Shown here: positions 7,207 through 10,210 of the stretch, in pieces
Position numbering within the stretch: position 1 is the stretch's first letter
How the letters are laid out: the number at the start of each line of letters is the position of its first letter
Origin: Methanotrichaceae archaeon
GTDB taxonomy: Archaea > Halobacteriota > Methanosarcinia > Methanotrichales > Methanotrichaceae
Assembly (NCBI GenBank): GCA_963803145.1
Contig: CAWDLW010000046.1
Span: forward strand, 1 to 10,210
Direction of reading: 5' to 3'
Length of the DNA stretch: 10,210 nt
Notes under the pieces: model-generated
What the model was told of the DNA's origin: nothing
Seen by the model: the letters and a program-made list of their open reading frames with translations, nothing else
The model's database searches: none
Translations under genes and position numbers: made by a program

Positions 7207-8112
7207 ATGAAAAACATTAAAATGTTCTATATATTATCTTTGATAGCATTACTGCTTGTAGTCTCTTCTTTTGGAGGACTAGCAGAACCAAATACATCTG
7301 TAAACATGAACACCACCGCTCTAAAAGAACTGGTGATAAATTCAGAGAACAACTTAAATTCCTATAGCTTAACCCTGTCTGAAAATGAAGACGTAATGAT
7401 CGTCAACTCTACCAGTGGCAATACGACCTCCCGGGTCAACATACAGACTCTAGGGGCTGGCGCTATCAATCGCACTAGCAAATCAGCGAAGATAGTCATT
7501 GCCTCCCTCGTTCTGCCGATAGGAGATATTGTGGATGCTGCTACCATATCGGCAGAAGTATACTATATCAATGATACTTTATACAGCGAGGCTGACGGAA
7601 ATTGGACTGCGATGAAGCTGACTTTGCCCGGAGCCTTTGGAACCAATCAGGACATGATGAGACAAACTGCGATGCTATTGAATGCATCCACTATCAGACT
7701 TGTAGGTATTGAGGCCATAAATGGCGAAAGGTACTACGTTGTAGAGGTATCTCCCGAGAGCAGTGCAATCTCTTCCTATTTCGAACAGGAGCTTGGTTCT
7801 ATCAGCTCTATGATTCCCCAGAGCATCGAGAACCTCAGTCATCTCTTCAATAATACTCAACTCAGATATGTCCTCTGGATAAATACGGCCAGCTATCTCC
7901 CATCGCAGACGTTTGCCATTGTAAACATTACGACCACGCCCGGAATGCTCGGCTATCCGGGAGGGAATAGCACGGAAATTTACATCAACTCCTCCGACAC
8001 AGTGAGGTTCAGCGATTTGAATAAAACAACAAATATAGTGCTTCCTGAGGCCGCAAAGAGGGCAGAGATATTGCCTTTAAACAGCTCCGGCATGTCAGTG
8101 GCAATGCCTTAA
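7207..8112 (+). CDS. Secreted protein, LppX/LprAFG- or DUF6612-like (LolA-type fold), 301 aa
   Basis: Signal peptide; pattern L.SYSLTL..., EVYYINDTLY....GNW, E.INGERYYVVEV, LWINTASYLP, and C-terminal FSDLNKTTNIVLPEAAKRA, which resembles these families. 15 N-X-S/T sequons; no lipobox Cys. Family call is by pattern recognition only. Confidence 0.75.
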   Translation: MKNIKMFYILSLIALLLVVSSFGGLAEPNTSVNMNTTALKELVINSENNLNSYSLTLSENEDVMIVNSTSGNTTSRVNIQTLGAGAINRTSKSAKIVIASLVLPIGDIVDAATISAEVYYINDTLYSEADGNWTAMKLTLPGAFGTNQDMMRQTAMLLNASTIRLVGIEAINGERYYVVEVSPESSAISSYFEQELGSISSMIPQSIENLSHLFNNTQLRYVLWINTASYLPSQTFAIVNITTTPGMLGYPGGNSTEIYINSSDTVRFSDLNKTTNIVLPEAAKRAEILPLNSSGMSVAMP

Positions 8113-8130
8113 GTCCAGAGGATCAGCAAG

Positions 8131-8191
8131 AATATGGCCCTTCCGATGATGAAAACCAGAAAATAAGAATGATCGAGGGTAGGGCCATATT
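8131..8191. repeat. Inverted repeat downstream of the 301-aa gene
   Basis: AATATGGCCCT (8131-8141) / AGGGCCATATT (8181-8191), perfect 11-bp arms with a 39-nt spacer, imperfectly extendable both ways. Confidence 0.6.
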
Positions 8192-8557
8192 TGCCCAGGT
8201 ATGTATAACCTGATTCCTGCCATCCTTATTTCCATCGACTATAGGGCTGGAAACAATTTCATAAACATCTTTCCGATCTACCAAGGCCAGTGTGTGCGCT
8301 CATGACCATATAGCACCATTTTTTTGTTTTAGCTGCTGCCGAAAAATCGTCATGGGGAATTTATCGAAAATTTATTTCATAAAGTATGTGAACGATGAGT
8401 TATCTAAAACGCTAGTTAAGCCAATTTTAATAGTTCTTCAAGTTGTATAATTTACCATGGCTAACCGGAGGGATGAATACGTTCAACCTCAAATACATCC
8501 TATGATATTTCTCATGTACCAAAAGCTCCATCAACCCCTCGAACAATTCTTTTTTCC

Positions 8558-9853
8558 ATGGCTATTCATCCGATTGATTTCAGGTACGGCACTCCCGAGA
8601 TGAAGCAGATCTGGGAGGAGAGATTTCAGATTAAAATGCCTTTTCGAAGTAGAGGCAGCTCTGGCGAAGGCGAGAAGGGTTGGACTAATCCCAAAGGGCG
8701 CGGCCGTGCAATCGCATGTGCAGCCTCGGCGGCAAGCCCTGAACGAGCAAACAAATTGAGGTGAGATCGGCCACAACATGATGGCTGTCGTCCTGGCGAT
8801 GTCAGATACTGACCCGACCACGGAGATGGACCCATCTCGGCGCGACCTAAAACGATATACTGGATACGGCCACAGGCCTGCAGATCAAAGCGTCACTCGG
8901 CATCCTTGAGCCCAAGCTGAAGAGGCTTCTCTCAATACTTTTAGACATGGCAATGAAGAATAAAATCTCGTCTCCAAGGCGGACTCACGGCCAGATCGCA
9001 GTTCCAACGACCTATGGTCTTCGGTTCGCGATTGGGCATCAGAGGTCGCCAGGCATATCAATAGGCTTCAGCAGCTCCGACCACGTGTAGAGGTTGGCAA
9101 GATGAGCGGAGCCGTCGGAACTCAGGCCGCCTACGGTCCTCACAGCATGGAGATCCAGAAGATGGCCATCGATATCTTAGCCTCAACGAGGTTGATGTCT
9201 CTAATCAGGTCATTCAAAGAGATAGACATGCAGAGATGATCTACTGGATGACGCTGGTGCTCAACGCTGGATAAGTCTTTGTTGAGATGAGGACTGTACA
9301 AAGAACTGAGATAGCAGAGGTTGAGGAGGACTTCGGCAAAGAGCAGGTCGGCTCAAGCACAATGCCACATAAACGAAACCCGATAAAGTCTGAGCAGATA
9401 TGCGGCCTGTCAAGACGTCCGCGCGCAGGTGCTGCCGGCATCGAGAACATACCACTCTGGGATGAGCGCGACCTCACGGACTCGAGTGCGAGCGAGTGGA
9501 GTTTCCGGAGGCATTCGTCCTAACGGTCCTCCTGCTCACCCTCGCATCACGTGTCCTATCCAACCTGAGGCTGCGGCATGAGAACATTGAGAGGAACTTA
9601 AACCTTCTTCACGGCTTGAACATGGCTGAGAATGGATGGTTGAGCTTGCGAAGAAAGGTGTTGGACGCCAGCAGGCGCATGGATTATGAGAAAAGCATCG
9701 ATGAAGGCATTTGAGGAGAAACGAGAGCTTGCTGATGTGCTGCTTGAGGAGAAGGTCGTAACTGAGCACCTCTCGCCTGAAGTGATAGGGAGCCTTCTTG
9801 ATCCCCATAAGTACATTGGCACTGCGGTTGAGCAGGTTGAGAGGCTTAACTAA
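8558..9853 (+). pseudogene. purB: Adenylosuccinate lyase, multiply frameshifted in this sequence (probably sequencing/assembly error rather than a true pseudogene)
   Basis: Stitching frames gives [90 protein letters not shown] (fumarase/ASL superfamily signature, 9350-9382)..[32 protein letters not shown]. Needs roughly 15-20 small indel corrections and one in-frame TAA (8848-8850). The true stop may be 9875 if there is one more frameshift. Confidence 0.93.
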
Positions 9854-9857
9854 GTTT

Positions 9858-9880
9858 CAGCGCTATCTTCAGTAGCGCTG
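9858..9880. other. Stem-loop at purB 3' end
   Basis: CAGCGCTA-TCTTCAG-TAGCGCTG, 8-bp stem with 7-nt loop. Confidence 0.4.
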
Positions 9881-9998
9881 TTGCGGTAGCCGGAATCAAT
9901 GCAGTAAGGATGTGGCAGCGATGCAAAAACGATGCAGTAACAATGAATTGTATCGGCAAGGGTAATGGTAATATTCGGATACCTCCTTCTTTTGTACA

Positions 9999-10210
9999 AT
10001 GCCCAGAGTGTTTCTCCTAAAGCCCGGATAATCATCAAGGACAAATCCGGCGCAATTTTTGATGAAGATCGTCAGTAACACTTGTAGTTTCCGGATCTAA
10101 AAAAATAATAGTGGATACTGGTCTTATGGGCGAGGAGAGACAAATTACTGAAGCCCTCGCTAAAAGGGGCATGAAGCCTGAGGATATAGACTTCCTGGTG
10201 AATACTCATT
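9999..10210 (+). CDS. MBL-fold metallo-hydrolase, 5' part only, with two apparent 1-nt deletions
   Basis: Absent from the ORF track. Stitched translation MPRVFLLKPG/IIKDKSGAIFD/RSSVTLVVSGSKKIIVDTGLMGEERQITEALAKRGMKPEDIDFLVNTH: the VDTG motif and lead-in to the THxHxDH metal-binding motif, which is cut by the window edge. Frameshifts near 10029 and 10064. Confidence 0.8.

Noticed and set aside
8531-9822. Multiple short ORFs across the purB region as separate genes, or programmed frameshifting/recoding
   Set aside because: The + strand pieces are fragments of one purB and the - strand ones are shadows; the shifts are too many and lack slippery-site or stimulator patterns.
9977-9988. GGATACCTCCTT resembling the 16S rRNA 3' end, or a minus-strand SD
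   Set aside because: No surrounding rRNA sequence and no start codon at proper spacing on the minus strand; the region is also error-prone.
1-10210. CRISPR array, tRNA/rRNA, defence system or biosynthetic cluster
   Set aside because: No regularly spaced repeats, cloverleaf or rRNA signatures, or recognisable cas/defence/BGC genes were seen.

Overview
Probably a methanogenic archaeon (Methanomicrobia-like, inferred from the PurB N-terminus MAIHPIDFRYGTPEMKQIW, archaeal TATA-type motifs and N-sequon-rich secreted proteins). Left to right: (1) a GH13 alpha-amylase-family gene on the minus strand that runs off the left edge and is missing from the ORF track (1..1480); (2) a complete, apparently intact 1059-bp IS481-family element (1848..2906) with 32-bp TGT...ACA terminal inverted repeats and a perfect 15-bp target-site duplication, inserted in the 5' leader of a small hypothetical gene; (3) an (AT)12 microsatellite; (4) four co-oriented, uncharacterised secreted proteins rich in N-glycosylation sequons: a 16-Cys protein with an internal repeat, a ~493-aa protein, a small beta-rich protein and a LppX/LprAFG/DUF6612-like protein; (5) purB and the start of an MBL-fold hydrolase, both broken by many small deletions that look more like low-coverage long-read error than true decay. 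I found no CRISPR array, tRNA or rRNA. The best candidate for something undescribed is the secreted glycoprotein cluster; the best-supported unusual structure is the IS with its long TSD and TATA-bearing ends.
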